In this document: piece by piece, positions 61,801 through 64,000 of the stretch | How positions within the stretch are numbered: the first letter of the stretch is position 1 | Layout of the letters: each line of letters begins with the position of its first letter | NCBI GenBank assembly: GCA_051294375.1 | Contig: CM119265.1 | Coordinates: 6,767,489 to 6,831,488, forward strand | DNA: 64,000 nt | From: Paraspadella gotoi | Lineage: Eukaryota > Animalia > Chaetognatha | Reading direction: 5' to 3' | Notes under the pieces: generated by a model | What the model was told of the DNA's origin: nothing | What the model saw: the letters and a program-made list of their open reading frames with translations, nothing else | The model's database searches: none | Translations under genes and position numbers: made by a program

Positions 61801-64000
61801 ATGTTAAAGGTCGCAGTAAAGTTACCAGAAGGCGGGGGCTATTTATCGCAGAGCTCTGTTCCTCGGTCAAGTAACAGTACCATGACGGTGACGCAGACTA
61901 CCTCCCCTTTGCAAAGAACCGGTTCCACTCATTCCAATCACATGTATTCCGTCTCTTCACAACTTCGCGTTAATAACAGTGCCACTTCTTCCATCAGTGC
62001 TCCATCACCCTCCACATCTGTTGCGCCTTCCGCCGACTCCGCGAACCAAAACGGCGCTATCCCTAGTCTCGATATGAAAGGCGTGTTTTACAGTTTCGCG
62101 GAGGCTTTTGATCAACCTCAAAAATTAAATGCGACTCCCATAATTTGGGTAGACCCCACAAAGCCTCTTTTTCGTGTTTCGATAGCTTGGTCTTCCTCCG
62201 TGTATACAACTGACCCTCATCTTCATGCTTTTTTCGAACATTGCGGGATGCTGAACGGAGGCCTGGTCGATTATGTTGCCACTGATCAGTTAGTAAAGGC
62301 TCTCCATGCTGTCGAAATCTCCACTGTTGTCCGATTTTTATGCCCACTTTTGAATCAGCTTTTTCAGCTTCTTTGTCGTACGGCCCTTCCTGAGTCCGTC
62401 GCCTTGCAAATACTTCGTTTGCTGGTTCACATTCTTGGACAACTGTCCGACTTGAAAAAATCCCACTTTGCACGGGCCTACGTAAAGTACGTTTTCGATA
62501 TATCTATTATCCCTGGACGAGTCCAAGGTACTGATTACAACAACAACAAAACTATACACGAAGAGTTGATCCGATGCATGAGACAATTGTTGGATCATTA
62601 TGCACTTTTAGATACCCAGTTACTCTCTGCATTTTTCTCTCATGCATGGTTTTTCTTTCATGTCAGTCTTAAATCTATGGCACAGTTTTTGCAAAGAACA
62701 GGACGCAGTCGGGATTCTCATCGCGATGTTAGATTTCCTCAGGAGTTACACAACAACATTATGTCATTGTTCCGAAAATTGTGCGACCGAATTCGCATTC
62801 ACAGCCAACGTGGCAAATCTGCTCATGAAGAAGGGCGCATCGCCAATAAGTCTATGGCCCAGTTTGTAAAGCGCGCTTTTTCTTTCATGGATCGAGGGTT
62901 CTTGTTTAAAGTAATTAACGAATTTGTTGATGAATTCTTGCCAGGGGATCCCAAGCCTCTATTTGAGTACAAGTTTGAGTTTTTACGAATCATTGCACTT
63001 CAAGAACATTTTATTCCTCTTAATTTGCCAGTTATGAGAAGGGGCTTTGTTCGAAGTTTTCCGGAACTTCAGCAGGAATTCTGTCTAACAGAAAAATTTT
63101 GTCGGACACATTTTTTAGTTGGGATTTTGCTAAAGGAAATTCAGAGCGCCCTTCGAGAAGTTGGCGAAATTCGCCTCTTAGCCATTCATTTGTTAAGAAA
63201 TATTTTAGCAAAACACTCTTATGACGATCGCTATCGATCAACAGAAAAACAAGCGCGAGTCGCGTCTCTTTATGTTCCTTTTATTCAAGTAATTTTGGAG
63301 AATAAGCCGAGACTGATGATCCGCGAAGAAGAAGGACAAGAGCTTTCGTCGGGTAGTCGTTATAGCATGGCGCCACTGGCTTCTCCAGAAGACACCGGAA
63401 GCAAGCGGCAATCGTACAATGGAGAGGGGTTTGACATAGGCTCTCTTGGTCCACCTCCGCCCATTCCAGAGGTGAGAACGACCAAAGCGAACACTATTGG
63501 AAGTTCAACGCCCACTGCTAGCGGAGGAAAAAAATATACTGGTGAAGGTCCCCCTTCGACGCCCGGTACGCCAAAGCCTCATCTAAAATCAAGTGGTCGT
63601 GAATCTTCTTATTTGGCCATGATTGCTGGTAGTAACAATGCCACAATCCCGAACAATTCTACCGCTCTGCTTACTGGGAAAAAAGGAGGGGATTCGATGT
63701 CCTCATTGAACAGCAGCGAGTCTTTCCCATCATCGTCAGAAGGATTGGCATCACCTCGACATGATTCTGTATCGTACGACCACGTCAGCGCCACTCCATT
63801 GACCTCTCCTGTTACGGACAGTGGAGTTTCTGTTCTCTCTGAAACTAGACCGCCTACTGGCCCATTTAGACGCGGTTTACAGAGAGGATCGGGCGCTTAT
63901 TCTCAACCCAACTCTACCAGCAACAACGTTGAATCACCTAGCAACACTACTGTTGTTCGATTTGACAAGTTTGAGCCTGGAGAAATCCGCGATCTTCTTA
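58838..64000 (+). CDS. DOCK9: DOCK-D family Cdc42 GEF (DOCK9/10/11, Zizimin), 3'-partial
   Basis: Exons 58838-59998, 60107-60866, 60941->64000 (open to window end). Motifs: ERKFTKGLSKPGSAAAVRE, VEPVDYE, PH domain (KKGYLQKGP..SFKRRFFCLKQ..EEWIAVL), EPFFVSLALFD, RVEKVLQG, YRMPFAW, DHR-1/C2 (YRNHIYVYP..RARNIA..HPEFYDEIKIRLP..HHLLFTFFHVSC), WVDPTKPLF, FSFMDRGFLF. Paralog not resolvable. Confidence 0.95.

Noticed and set aside
60941-64000. Apparent frameshift or pseudogenisation of DOCK because no long ORF is listed
   Set aside because: The frame stays open with conserved motifs in the parts I translated. The ORF is most likely missing from the track because it runs off the window end.

Overview
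AT-rich, intron-dense eukaryotic (invertebrate animal-type) genomic DNA, not prokaryotic. Most ORFs in the supplied track are exon fragments or spurious. I reconstructed six spliced genes by eye. Four are co-oriented on +: SEC24C/D (5'-partial), a class I PITP, an ATP10-type P4-ATPase and ZFPL1. On - lies a ~1,880-aa protein with Egalitarian/LIN-66-like winged-helix repeats, two OB-like folds and a C-terminal LC8 TQT motif. Last is a 3'-partial, strikingly intron-poor DOCK9/Zizimin on +. Long introns are filled with small mobile elements. (1) Four families of miniature LTR elements (two complete TRIMs, five solo LTRs) with 4-bp TSDs. Both TRIMs have a tRNA-Trp-like PBS, and the LTRs share a terminal hairpin plus a tRNA-like Pol III A/B-box module. 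(2) Penelope-type inverted repeats carrying minimal hammerhead ribozyme motifs. (3) TA-flanked MITEs and Helentron/DINE-1-like elements. All family assignments come from recalled motifs, with no database search, and exon models are predictions.
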